A stretch of 64,000 nucleotides of DNA from Phoronis australis. Taxonomy: Eukaryota; Animalia; Phoronida. Position 1 is the first letter of the stretch. Each line of letters begins with the position of its first letter. The position numbers and the translations under genes were made by a program. Positions 36,325 through 49,599 of this stretch are shown piece by piece. The DNA lies in contig NMRA01000163.1 in assembly GCA_002633005.1 (NCBI GenBank), positions 726,455 to 790,454 of the forward strand. Direction: 5' to 3'. The notes beneath the pieces were generated by a model, which had not been told where the DNA came from, ran no database searches, and saw only the letters and a program-made list of their open reading frames with translations.

Positions 36325-37495
36325 ACAAGGAAGTCACGCATTTCTAAAGATATATATGCGGAAATTTTCACCGCTCCTCCTGAGCGGCTTGTATCAGGAT
36401 CAAAGAGAGCGAGGCGCCGGAATCAGGTACCGGTACAATTGTGATGACCGCATTGCCCGATGCGAGCAAGACCCAATTAAATGTAATTATCCGACCATAA
36501 ACTGTATTAAACATCTCTGACTGTACATAATGGAGAACTTTCGAAATGCATTAACCACTAATTTTCGTTATAGACGAACACCACGGAGGTATTCAGCTGG
36601 AAAAAAACAACCAGGTAGGGTTTTCGATTTTCAAAAATCGATGACATAATAATCCAAACCTACAACCATAAACTACCGCGCGTTTTGATATAGGCCTACG
36701 CGGTGGATATATAAACGCTGATCAGAGTTAACAATATCACAGGGATTCATTTTTTTAATATTCTTTCAATCTCGTTTAACCAAATTTATGACCAGGAAAC
36801 AATTGTACTTAACTTGTGCCCACTTTTCATTTTTTATTAATGACAAAGAGCTAGTCAGAATAGTTATTTAGTCAGTGCCACCGAAAATGTCCGGAGATTC
36901 CAAATTTTGAGTTTGGTTATTACCATATTTTCACTTTTTTATTTATTTTATGATTTGGGTTCTAATAAAGATTAAACTTTAAGGACACGTGAATTGTTTA
37001 GGGTACCTGTAATGTGGTAAGTTTAGGGATGGGCTCACAAAGAACTTAATTAATTAAGTTTAGCTGGCGATCAAAACCTACCACTGTTTTGATACTTCAA
37101 GTTTAAAGCTTAGATAAAAAAGTTATCAGCGCGTACCCGGTAAGAAAAAAAACAAGTGGGCAGAAGCATTAAAAATTAAATAAAGAAAACCAATACGAAA
37201 CTTGTCGTTCCTTTAGAAGGTGGCCCTTTAATTGTGAAGAAAAACACAAGTTAAACTTTTTATTCATTTTGTAATGTTTATAATGTACCAAGTTAAAACT
37301 ACTTTCCAGATTTGCAGGCTATAACTCTGCAAATGTCAAATAAAACCAAATTGGGGATACTAACAACAACCATTGTTGAGACAATAATGCCAGCAATTAA
37401 CTTTCCAGTTCATTCGCTCAGATCTACATCAATGCAAAGGGCGTGCTGAATAGGCATCGGAAAACTTGTCTGGGGCTTAGGGAGTCATAGCAGTC
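36325..37495 (-). repeat. Inverted copy of the 16120-17200 dispersed repeat
   Basis: See the 16120-17200 feature. Confidence 0.75.
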
Positions 37496-37565
37496 ACAAT
37501 TGTAAGCGAGAAATTCTTCACGTATTAGTTTTTCATGAGTAGGCGAAGGTGTGTGTAGGCCTATA

Positions 37566-38560
37566 AGACATGTATCATCAGCATACATGATTGTTTCAAG
37601 AGAAGTGAATTTGTGGAGGTCATTTACGAAAGAAAAACGAGGGGACCAAGAATAGATGCTTGGTGTACGCTTGTGATGATTTTTGGAGCGTGAGTTGACT
37701 GACTGCCGGCTCTCGATAATTTCTTGAAGAATAAATGCTCGACTCCAGTTATACCCTAAAATGAAAGTTTATCTAGCAAGATACTGTGGTCTATTGCGTC
37801 AAAGGATTATGTAAACTCGAAAAAGATGGTTGTTGAGTTTATCCCCTTGCCCAGATATCCGTTAATTCTGTCACCTACTGTTTATTAGAAATTCAATTGA
37901 TCGTATTTTTTGATAACCATATCGATGTTCATATATAGATTGTAGTAACAGGTAGTCATAAAGCTGGCCATAGGCATTTTTTTCAAATAATATTGAGAAG
38001 GCAGGAAGTAGAGAGATAGGCCTAGTAAGCCATTTCTTTTGTATATAGGCATAGTCTTGACAATTAATTTTTAAATCAGTTGGAAAACAACCTGTCTCCA
38101 AACGTTGATTGATGATGATAGCCAGTGGTTTTATAACGAGCTGATCAATCAGTTTTATAAGTATGGTAGAAATGTTGTCGAATCCTGTGCTAAGTTTTGT
38201 TGTGCTATTTCCTAGGGAATTTAAAACATAGTTTTTATTTACTGCTTGAAATTTAAATTTTGTTTGCTTCAATAAAAAGAGTAAAATTTAGGATGAATGT
38301 GGATTGGTAATTGCTTAACAATAATGATGGGCCAATATGTATTAAGAAGTTGTTGAATTCATGAGCTATTGATGTTTTATCAATTTACTTTTGTTTGTTT
38401 TGTCATATATTCTGGTGATTTGGTAGACTTGTTGTTTGTATTAAAATACGCTTGATCACATTCCATGTCTTGTTGGGATCTTGCTTATTGAGTTCTTTGT
38501 GAAAATAAAGTTTTTTGAAGTTTGAATAAAAATTCAAAGTTTTACTATAGGTACAACGCC
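37566..38560 (-). mobile_element. Decayed LINE reverse transcriptase (CR1/L2-like ORF2)
   Basis: STGFDNIS..LIK, PLAIIINQ.LETGCFP.DLK, RPISLLP.FS.LFEK, FD.IDHSILL.KL, GV.Q.SILGP and MYADDT motifs, with stops and frameshifts. Confidence 0.9.
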
Positions 38561-38992
38561 CGAATTTCATTAATATTTGTTAAGTATTTGATACTACAAC
38601 ATGATGAGGTGTGCGACTGAAAAAATCGTCTGTGTTCGGTTAAAACATACCATGTGTATCCTATATATTGTATGTAGTGACCAGTTGCAATTCAATAAAC
38701 TCCGTACTTCCAGTCAAGCGGAGTGACTACACGGTCCCCACATATTGACAACATGGCCGCAAGGCGCATGTCGTGCAATATATAGGCTAGGACGGCCTAC
38801 GCCAGTTCTAAATCTTTATCTAGTCACATGATTCAAAACAAGCTAAAGTTTGTCTAGTTTTTGTCTATTGATAAATTATTTTCGATGGATATACCGGTGT
38901 GGAAAAACAAATGAGAAAAATCGTAAAATGCCGTTCAAAACTAGTTCTGATTTTTCTGTCCTAACGTTGAGGATGAGGAAACGCATTGATTT

Positions 38993-39001
38993 GTGAGTGT
39001 T

Positions 39002-39032
<31 letters not shown>

Positions 39033-39037
39033 GGGTG
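38993..39037. repeat. (TG)n microsatellite
   Basis: Direct read. Confidence 0.95.
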
Positions 39038-39539
39038 TATGTTTCGTCCTCAAAACAGTACAGCGCGTTCGACATAGACGGGTAAACTGAACCGTTGGCA
39101 TCACTATGAAAAAGTATGACCCTGAATTGAAAGTTAGAAATATTTTTGATCCATTTTAGTTTGATATGTGAAGAAGCGCTACTAATCGTTATCCAACATA
39201 GGTTTTCAAGAGTTTCCAAAACTACTCATAATTAACACCGGGTTGGTATTGAAATTTCAGTCGCCGTAACAGCAGAAATGGTGCCACATTAGATATTGGC
39301 GTACATACAATGTATAGACAATGTACCGAGTTTTGCTCACGGTCATGTGTTTTCACTGACTAAGCTAAGTGGCAGGGCCAAGGGTTTCTCTTTACTGATG
39401 TACAATGAGGTGAATAACACGGGCACATTGTAGGAGCTGCAGACACCTACATGTGCGGTATTGTACTTCAATGACTGAATAAAAACCACCAGTCTTCGTT
39501 TTTTTGAAACATAACAAACTTATGCCTGATCAATGATCG

Positions 39540-40110
39540 GCTCAAACCGGTCAGTATGCCTACGGCCCGGCGAGAGCGCGGGCAAGTCGATAGTTGAAAA
39601 TGAAAAGGTGAACACTTTTCCGCCGGGATTTTGAAAAGTACCGCCAAGCAGAAAGTCTACGAAACAGTAACCCAAAAGCGGCACGTTTTAAGCCAGTAAC
39701 GAGTACTCCCGGCAGAGACTCGGTGAAACCGCATTTGCCGCGGCCCAAACAGCTTGCAGGTGTAGCTAGAATTCTCATTATTGATATAGCTAGGCCTACT
39801 TATTTCACTTATGGCCAACTTGAACCTCAGGGTCTATACATGTATAGGCTAGGCCTATTTAGAATTCTCATTTTTAGCGTTGCAAGTCACTTCCTTTTTC
39901 ACATATCGAGAAAATACAACCTATTACACGTAATACGCCCGTTTGAGCATCGCGTCCGCGGCGTTCAAGGTCTAGCCGTCACCGTGACTCGGCCCGATAC
40001 CCCGGGGCCTACCGCGGCCTCCGCGTTGTGACTGGCCTTCAGTCAGTTCGAGCCTGCCACTACTAGTGGACCACCCACTTCATTGTTTCGATACGCCCGG
40101 CGTGATTGTG
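39540..40110. promoter_or_regulatory. CpG-rich region ~1 kb upstream of the CoREST start codon
   Basis: Locally high CpG/GC content (e.g. CGGCCCGGCGAGAGCGCGGGC, CGCGTCCGCGGCG) in an AT-rich background. Confidence 0.4.
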
Positions 40111-41016
40111 TGAAGATTAAGCTAATGCATCGTGTTCCTTTGATCTCAGAACAAATTGCTGCGAATACGAATTCGTGTTGGCAAACAATCAACACGTCAA
40201 CCACTGGCGCTTTGTTGAACTCAGTATGAAACGGAGTTCAGCGGGTGGTACGTCACTCAGTTCGCGAACCACTACGTCAAATTGTATGGTGTCTTTAGAT
40301 GGACAATGCAGTGGCAAGTAGTACCAATGGCAAAATTGGTTTAAGTCTGTCGCATTTTGGTTGACTTTATGCCGTTGAATGGATTGCTGAAAGAAATGGT
40401 TTATTTTAGAATCGTTTAAACGTTGCACGGTTTCAGTCATTCAGGGGTACAAGGGAAACGCACGAAAAAACGCCTTCGGTACATATGGTGGCAAACAAGA
40501 ACACGTTAACCTACTTCGGTAATAAACAAGTGTTATCTGGCACGCTTAAGACTTTAGAATATGTAACAAGAAAGTATTTTAGATAGAATATCCCAGTAAG
40601 GATTCATTTGTCTGCTTTAGACACCGTCTCTATTGTTCATCAAAAAGAAAACGCTACGATATATTTGAAATATAAATAGATTTAAATTACATGTACGTAG
40701 TTTTCTTAAATAGCGGAGGGATATTTACATAAGAATGTTTTAAGGTTTTTCGCACAATCCTATTCCAATTTTGCACACATTAAGATTATTAAAATCTATA
40801 TGCGACCGTATATCGTTGTAACTGAAAAATTTGTTCTTAATTTATTGTACTCGGAAAATTGATTAAGAACTATTTTTCTGAGAGCCTTAATACTGTAAAC
40901 TGTTCTTCGCCTGTAGAGTCGCGGTCATTGTTCGGCAGCAGGGAAGTTCTGCTGTTTCTCAAGACTGCGCTTTAATTTTTGTTTTTCTTTGTCAATAGTA
41001 TTTTAGAAACGTTAAC

Positions 41017-41128
41017 ATGGTCACGGTGAACAAGAATTCAGAGGATATTGGAAATGGTCGAAGATCTAGAGGAGCAAGTCCTTCGAACGGCTATTCTGAC
41101 GACAGCAGCGCCTCCGATCCCGAACCTG
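41017..41128 (+). CDS. RCOR: REST corepressor (CoREST/RCOR) coding exon 1
   Basis: MVTVNKNSEDIGNGRRSRGASPSNGYSDDSSASDPEP followed by a GTAAGT donor. NGRRSRG.SP resembles the Drosophila CoREST N-terminus. Confidence 0.8.
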
Positions 41129-41223
41129 GTAAGTTTACCTGCAGTCCAAGAAATAGGAGTGTTAAAGTGAAGTGACTGTCTTCGATTCACAGTTCTGGGT
41201 ATCCTTTTATTTTTGTTTTTCAG

Positions 41224-41280
41224 AGGGACAAATGCAAGTTGGTTCGGATTATCAAGCTGTAATTCCGCCATTCAATCCAA
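41224..41280 (+). CDS. RCOR: CoREST/RCOR coding exon 2 (start of ELM2 domain)
   Basis: TTTCAG acceptor, phase 1. Encodes (E)GQMQVGSDYQAVIPPFNP, compared with RCOR1 GMRVGPQYQAVVPDFDP. GTAAGT donor at 41281. Confidence 0.85.
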
Positions 41281-42321
41281 GTAAGTTTGCTCGACTTCCA
41301 ACAGATGGCGATTGTAATGTCAAGCCGTGACTTTTGTTTCTGCCACTGAGTGGTTGTGTTGATCCCTCAGTGACAAGTGATCACAATGTTGATGTGGTTT
41401 TCACTGCATTAAGATCAATGATTTTCTGTTTGGGAAAAAGCAATTGACCATTTTTACCAATAACACATGTTTCGTTTTTGCTTTATATATGTTTATTAGT
41501 GTTTACTTGTTGTTTTTGTCAGGTAATATTGCAACCCTTTCTCAGTGTTGCACATAGACATGCCAATATTTTATGTGCTATCAGGTATCAAAACTAATGC
41601 CAAGTGACCAATACATAATGCAGCTTTAAGTTGCCCCCTCCCCGCTTTTATTAGGTGACAACTTTTGAAAACCAAATTTCTGTTTGGCTCCATATTCAAT
41701 AGGATTGTCCTTGTTACATACCACTCCCCTGGACTCTTTAAAGCCAAGAAATTTCCAACATCACGATCTGATCTGGTATTACATTAGATAAAAAGCCTAT
41801 TGTGTTGGNGACTCTTTAAAGCCAAGAAATTTCCAACATCACGATCTGATCTGGTATCACATTAGATAAAAAGCCTATTGTGTTGTGGTAGTTACAGGGT
41901 CAGAGCTTACATTCACACGAAGGAATCAGCAGTTAGATGTTAAAGTCTAATTTCTCTGTAAGTCAACCGTTTTTCTCCTTTCAAAGTTTTTTTGGTGATA
42001 GTATTTCATACAAAACACATCTTCTTCACGACATTTGCTGAACGTCATGTGGATATGGTATTTTTAAATATTGGATAGCGCCGGGCGCACTGTTTACACG
42101 AGTCATAAAGTCATAATTACTGGGTTATGTGAGCTTATCAGATGAATGCGGACAATGATTGCTGACTTTTTCCCCTTGCTATCACTGTCACATTTCTTGT
42201 CTGCTTTTAAAAATTAAAAAAACTGACCACAACAAACTGTTCAACTGTGCTATTTAAAACTTTCAAAACGAAAATGTAAACAATAATTTTATCACCCCAG
42301 TGTGTTTATGATGGATCTAAT

Positions 42322-42432
42322 NNNNNNNNNNNNNNNNNNNNNNNNNNNNNNNNNNNNNNNNNNNNNNNNNNNNNNNNNNNNNNNNNNNNNNNNNNNNNNN
42401 NNNNNNNNNNNNNNNNNNNNNNNNNNNNNNNN
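42322..42432. other. Assembly gap
   Basis: Run of N. Confidence 0.99.
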
Positions 42433-45260
42433 CTGACTGGACAGCCTGAAAACTGTGGCTAGCCTGCAAAGTAATCCCTTCAATATATTCCTCTCACTAT
42501 AGGGTCTAGGAATTTGCAAAAGAAAAATGTACATTAGCCCAAAAGTGGTATGCTGATAATGTTTTGAGTGGCATCTAACGTAGCCTTAAAAGGGGACTGT
42601 AGTCAAAATAATGTTGCAGTTAATTGGTTCTAACATACAAATAAAACTCATATTTGCCTTTCTTGCGTGCCAAACAAAAGCCGATTCGTATTCATAGTTA
42701 AATAACTGAATTCTGAAAGCGATCGCTGATTGGCTGATGTGTCAGTGACGTGAATGGCGGGGTATAGACATCCATTGCTTATGTCATATTTTGAAGAGTT
42801 TACATCGTAATTTATCATTGTATCAATCGTCCTTATTTTTTACTGTTTGCCACAGTGCTGTAAAAGGTTCGCTATGCCTTTTTGTATGGCACCTGCTTGC
42901 TCAAAACGAAAAAGGTGTCTTCTAAAGGGATGGTCATCGCATACCATCGTCGGGTTACCAAAGCCTTGGCCCAAAGTTATATACTAAATATAGGCCTACA
43001 GGTTTTCAAGAGCCGATATGGGTAAAAATGGACAAATAAAGTCTGACTTAATGTCATTAAAACTAAACTCATCCGTGAGTAAACATAGGAACCAGGTTCC
43101 TAGAGTAAACTAACTTCTGTATTTACCGGTGTTGGAAAAGTTAGCGATTGCTTATCGGCTGCTAAAATTGTGATGTGTTCTCTTGAGTTAGTTTTTTGCG
43201 ATTACGTCACCTAACCTTTACCAGTTTCTTTTTCCCCCGATTCTTTTATCAAGTGTTCGTCGCTGACGGTACCTACTCGGTGATAGCCGTGTCGCGGATC
43301 TGGACGGCGGGGACTGGTTTAGATTTTGGCGTCAAAATCCAATATCGCAGTGTCTAGGTCTATGTGACTTTTTCACTAGTTCGCACCTTTCATTAAATTG
43401 CCCGCTATTCGGTCCAGTCCTAGTCGGCAACCCGCACGGACGACAGCGAATAGACGAATTTGTTATTCGGTTGCCATGGCCATTCGCGTGGACGTCCCTT
43501 CACTTTTGCATGATTGGGTTTGAACTTGAAGAGGGTGGAGGCATTTTCATAACCGGTAAACGCCGCACGCGAACGCTTTTTATATCCGTGGACCATAATT
43601 TGCCGGGGATCTGTACTTTAGTGGCGTCGGTGACCGAATGCTTATCATACGCTAACAGGATTTGCACGCAAGTGGACGAGAAAGCACGCACCCCAAAATA
43701 TCCAGCGAAGTACTCGGCACATCAAAGACTTGATGGCGCTGTCACGGATTGAAGTGAGCTAGTCGCTATATTCAACTCGCTTGTTTAACGTACGAGTTTC
43801 AAACTCAAAAAAGAACAATAAGTAAGGCAAACGACCAACATGGCACTTTTTAAAAATTGAGAAGTAGGCCTAGCTAAGTAACAGCATATATTTCAAAATG
43901 GATGCATTTTAACAGAAATTACTGAATAGTCTTCAGAATTATGGACTAAACACCGATTAGTTTGCCAAATTGATTAGGACGGGTTAGTCATTGTCTGGCT
44001 TAGACTCGCTTAGACATTGGGGTAACAAAACCCCAAAAGTTAGCAAAGGATTCGTCTCTTGAAATTTGTCTAAATTTGTGAAATAATTGGGGTGCCACTT
44101 CAGGGAAAATCGGATGTGAATGGGAGAATTGGTGGCGGCAAAACGGGTGAAGGTGAATGTGGCAATCATCCCGGCCGGGGTGGGAATTGATGGCAATGAG
44201 TACCCCTTTCACCTCCGGCATGGTCTTTGAAGTATCTGGCTACCCCGTGCTATTGATCAGTCGGCCTCTACTAGTTAACCTTCATATACATCCATGGATC
44301 AGATAATCTTTTAGTTTTAAGAACTCAATATGTAAATTAGCAGGTTGTAGATCTCGGCAAAAGCCCGAGATAAAAAAAACTCCACCAGCATTTGCATCCA
44401 TAAAAAAAGCATTTGCACTTGTATTTCTAACAGGTTAAAGAACAGTGTTATTTGCTTCACAAAGAGGAACTTGAATGTCAAACAGCATGTATCTGCCTTG
44501 GGTATATACATCTCATGCTATATTTGAAGAATATGGTACCCTAAGTATCAATTATTTTTGAAAAGTTCATGACATATCTTGTGGCATGTTAATAGTTTAA
44601 AGTGGCTATCAACATGCCTTCCCTCACAAAAAAAATAGATTTAGACCACTTTGTCTTACAACTCTGAATTTCAGGTCTCAAACTGTTTCTTAGTCAAACT
44701 AGAGGTGACTTAAGAGTTTGAAAGAACTCAGTGACCACTTGTTGTTGCTTAAGACCAGAGTCTGCATGTTGACTTGTCAGTGCTGGTCGTTTTATGTGCT
44801 AAGCATAGGCTGAAGCCCAGAAGTCACTTCTGATGTGAGTACAACTTGAGACCAATTTTATAGTTAGTTGTGTCAAAACTATATACATGTTCTGGTCAAA
44901 TTTGTTCATACTAACTCTAATCACATATCTCATTTATTTTCAGATTGAAAAAGTACCTTCCTTGTTTTTAGCAAGTAAAAACAGAATTTTTCGAAAAGAA
45001 TTTTTTACAAAAGTTGTAAATTCGAAAATTTCAATGACCACTGGGTTACCATGGCACTTGTGTGATTTATACAGAAAAATGTCCAATTTATTTGAGTGAA
45101 AATGTGAACGGCAGGTACTGTAGGGAAATTGCTAAACATTTTTGGTCAGTATGGAAAAATCCAAGCAAAACAAAAAATAACAAAGGACACACCTTTTATC
45201 ACAGGTTTTATTGCATTTAGTTATTTGTCAAATAAACTGTAACTTGTTATCCTTTTTTAG

Positions 45261-45752
45261 ATGTCTCATTCTTCCATCCCAAATTCTCCTCTTTTTGAAG
45301 TGAAACAACAGCTATTGTCCGATTCAGGATTTAGCTCCCCTGATCTATACAGCCGGACAACAATTGAGAACCAGTCCCTAGAGTACATTGACTTGCACTG
45401 CTTCGAAACCTTGGATTTCTCCCAAGATTCTCAGAACCATGCCCTGACAGACTTTACCTCTGACGGAAGTGAATTAGACTTGGAAGACCCATTGGGACTT
45501 GTCAACTGGGAAAATGAGCTTCCTGTTCAGCTGAGGCCCCGCCTTTCTAGGACCCCACCAGGATCACCTCAACTGTCGCAGTATTCCCATTGGTCCGATG
45601 TCCAGTCTCAAGAGGTGCCAGACAGTGGAGACAGTGACGTAGAAAGTTTACCAGACAGCCAAGGAACATATGAAGATTCAGACATTGAATACGCTCGAGA
45701 CTTGGATTCTTGCAATGATGCTGTGGTGCCCAATGTGTGCCTCGAAGAGTAG
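45261..45752 (+). CDS. Unknown 163-codon acidic Ser/Asp-rich ORF or terminal exon
   Basis: Long open frame with coding-like composition, directly after a TTTTTTAG acceptor, with AATAAA ~20 nt after the stop. Not in phase with CoREST exon 2. Confidence 0.4.
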   Translation: MSHSSIPNSPLFEVKQQLLSDSGFSSPDLYSRTTIENQSLEYIDLHCFETLDFSQDSQNHALTDFTSDGSELDLEDPLGLVNWENELPVQLRPRLSRTPPGSPQLSQYSHWSDVQSQEVPDSGDSDVESLPDSQGTYEDSDIEYARDLDSCNDAVVPNVCLEE

Positions 45753-46486
45753 TTTGGGACATAAAAGTAATAAATTGTAAAACACGACTATAGGCATGCA
45801 ATGGTGGACCAATCCAGAATCAGTTGTTATTTTTTCCTAACACTGTTAATCTGAGTTTGTCTTCATTTATTTTATTTATTGAAGAACATTTGATGAAGAA
45901 GTACACCGTTCTTTGTAAATCTGGCAGCAATTGTAATAGCACTATAATTTTACATTGGTGCTGATTTTCTTTTGGTGTCTGGTATTTAATTTAACAATTG
46001 TGAGCAGAGTATAACCATCAAAGCACTAATCTCTACAACACATGGTAGCACCTCACCAGTTTGGGAAAACTAAAATTGCCCCATTCTCATTTTCAAAAGC
46101 TTCTAATGTAATTATGAAGGCCCATGTTTTCTCGAAACTCATGGTAGATACGGATTGAGCTATCCTAGAAACAACGAGAAAATGAAATTTCCCGTGTCAG
46201 CCACTGTGTCCAAAATTGGTGACAATTGACCTTACTCTAGACTAGCAAATGAACAGCCTGTTTGGCCTGATTCAAAGAGAAAAATTCTCATGGCCATTAA
46301 AATGTTACTATTTGTCCAAGAGAGCTTTTCAAGCATGCCTTTGCTTAAGCAATAAATAGCTACAGGTGCTAGAAGTAGACTTTTGTCAATAAACTGAAAA
46401 ATGAATCATGAGTGGGTAAATTAAGAAAAAAATCAGAACTTCACCTGTTGTACAATCTGTTTCCTGGAACATCTTTTAAAAGAATA

Positions 46487-46612
46487 ATGTTTTGTTGTTG
46501 TTGTTATTGTTGTTATTGTTGCTCTTGTTGTTGTTGTTGTTGTTGTTATTCTTGTTGTTATTCTTGTTGTTGCTGTTGATACTTTTATTGTTGTAATCTT
46601 TGTCTTGTTATT
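46487..46612. repeat. (TTG)n imperfect microsatellite
   Basis: Direct read. Confidence 0.9.
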
Positions 46613-47030
46613 CATTCATGTTGGTGTTTTCAAGATTGTATGAAAAGTTAGATAAAATATGCTTGTAAATATTCTGTCTGACCTACTAGATTATTTATGT
46701 AAATATGGGTTTTATTGTTATTATGACATTTGATGTAAAAACTAATGGTTGTATTTTTGAAATTTTCCTATTAATTGTAACCAGTACCTATGATTTTATG
46801 TTCTTTGTTATAACTAGGTGTTAGTCAATTTTGTACTCCTTTCTCCAGTTGTTTTTCCCCAAAATGCTCTTTTGTTCTTATTTAGTTACTAAACAAGGTT
46901 GGGCAGATAGCTTCGACTTTGTTGATTAATATTCTTATATGTTTGATACAGTTTTTATCTTCCAAGGAAAAGTACAAATGTGTTTTGTAATTCTGCATTT
47001 TTCTATGCAGTGAAGTTTGTGCTAATTTAA

Positions 47031-47980
47031 AGGGATACTATAGGGCGATTTGTCCAATTTTATCAAAATTAATTCTGTTACCTTTCATATAAATGGTTCT
47101 TCCAATAGTTATAAAAGCGGGTATTCAGCCAAGCAAGCTTGCGTTGGTAGACCGAAGACATTAGCTTACAATTGCAGCAAAAAATATTTGCTTATGGAAT
47201 GAAAACAGTGTATACTATTCCATAATTTATGAATTCTATTCCATAATCTATGAATTCTATCCCATAATTCAACATTACAACCTCATCGACCAATCACTTC
47301 AGTGGCCGTCGTAGGTTGCACTAGTATGGTCTGGAGCATATTCCCGGAACATTCACTTTTCACCTGTCTGATTTATCGTGGTCTTGTTTGATTTCGCTTC
47401 TGCTGGCAAGAAACTTGGTCAACAGAAAGCACTTCTGAGTTAAAACAGCTCTTCTCTGTGTCACTTAAAGGGCTGTGATTCAAGATGCACGTTCTTTCCC
47501 TACAGCATCCAATTAATTAAGTGGCCCAAAGCGTTGGTAGCACTCCTGACTTGGCAAAACCTAAATAATTGGATAGTATACTGGACAACACCTCGATCTG
47601 CTTACAACGAACGGCCTAGTCTACTAGTGAACAACAGGACTTTGCATTGTGGAACAAATTTGGCGCGAAATTAGGTTTGATTGACACATTGCAAGAAAAC
47701 AAGTTTCATGTGCTGGGAAGGACTTCCGAAAATGTAAGAGTAAGACGGAATATATTTGAAATTCTCACCTATTTGGCCATGAATGAATGCATATCTAAGA
47801 AAACAACGGAATTTATTGTAAAAGAGATACACGTATCATTAAGGAATTTTCAATTCTGTTCCAGACTGGGGGATCAAAAGAGCCACAGTACATTATTTGT
47901 GTTTTCCAATGATTTAGGTGATCTAGTTGTAATCAATATCTGCTAAAGCAAGGTTTAATAAAACAAGGTTTGGTATCCTT
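47031..47980. mobile_element. Possible TTAA-flanked non-autonomous element (Kolobok-type)
   Basis: TTAA|AGGGATAC ... GTATCCTT|TTAA short imperfect TIR. Confidence 0.4.
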
Positions 47981-49599
47981 TTAAGTGAAGATCTGTATCA
48001 CTTGGATGTGAGTTGTTGTTTGTACTTGTTACTGTGGTCATCGTATTTTATTATCTGATGATCTGTGATAGTTCTGATTGTTGTTGCTCTTGTTATTGGT
48101 TTTATAACAAATAAAACGAACATTTCACGTAATTAACACTTCAGTTGTATCTGGGCCGATAACTTGTCTTATCAGTGCTTATCTGCAGTTCGTGAATAGT
48201 CCTTGCTTATTTAATGGTAGGAAAACCCTGAGGGAAAGACTATGACGTCTGATCTACGACTTCAATTTTTAAACGATATACATCATGTCTGGTTCTTTTT
48301 GGGGACATCAAAATGTCATGACGTCACGTTTTCTCAGAACGCCAGTGTTGCAACGAAGACTGAATTGACCAAAAACGCATTCGTTCATTATACAATTGGT
48401 CGTATTTCTGTACCTGCCCACATATGTTACGACCGACTACCACGGACCTTTAGTTCACAGAACAAACGATCAATCTAATGCAACTTTGGAAGTGAATATA
48501 CTGTTCGTTTTCCAAAACAATGTTCATTATACAGTGTCTTGAAGAGCAAAGAAAAACGTTTCTGTGTTAATCTCAGTTTTGACTGAAAAATCTTGGAGCT
48601 TTACCAGTTACTGGCTTAGCTAAAGGGGTTTAAAAACATTGCCACACTTAAACGATTCTCAATTGTTGAATGAGCTAACAAGTCGAATCGCAGGTAATGC
48701 GTACGCTTATTTTTGAAGTCCCAGCTTTTGTGTAAACCATCAACCCCACGAGTTTCCTCGAGACGCTGACGTTTTCTGTGTCAACGGATATCAAGGCGGC
48801 CTAATCAGGATTAGTACGAAACCAATTTTATGAGCTAAGATTTACACTTTGCAAATCAACTGATGAGCGTATGTTTATTCCATTACCGCATTCGAGTGTA
48901 CGTTGGCTTAGCGCCTATGTTAGAAAAATGCCCTTTCTGAGCAAAAATCACACAACTGGTGTTTCGCTTGTAGGCGCACGTGTTAAAAATTAACTTTCAT
49001 CATACGTGAAAGCAGATGTACTTATACAGACGGATGCCATGCCCTGGATATAAACACAAACTTTGTCTTCGACAAAAAACGCATGATCTTGCCGTAACAT
49101 TTCTATTAGCGTGAAGGTAAATAATAATTATAATGGTCGGGTACATCCATGTGGCTTTAAAATATGAGGCGAGTACAATTCTTCCTCTTGATCTTCTCTA
49201 CCCAAATTGAGCTGCTGATACTATTCTGTGGGCTCAAGGTTCACCTGACGTCGTTCCATCCGGTCACTCAAAATTCATGCTTTACACTTCAGATGTGGCT
49301 GTTTTTGTGTCCTCAATTTTCTATTCGTATTTCAGTCATTTTTAAATATCAGGCTTTGTATGCGCTTCAGTGCACAAGTCCAACCAACGCCAATTTGCAG
49401 GAAAATTCTACTGAATGGTAAATTATCTAAGCATACCTAATTGTTCCAAGCACAAAATGAATGATATTAAAACTGCTGACGACTAATAACAAAGTACAAT
49501 GTGTAATTTCAAAATGAAAAAGCTATCATGATCAGCCCATGTTGTACCGTGCGGGTATTGTAGGACAGAATGAACACATTGTCTAATAGGGAAGAGTTT

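Noticed and set aside
40189-40440. 83-aa minus-strand ORF upstream of CoREST
   Set aside because: No recognisable domain or convincing splice sites, so it cannot be supported.
41731-41886. Near-exact ~78-bp tandem duplication
   Set aside because: The junction is a single N (41809), typical of an unmerged contig overlap.
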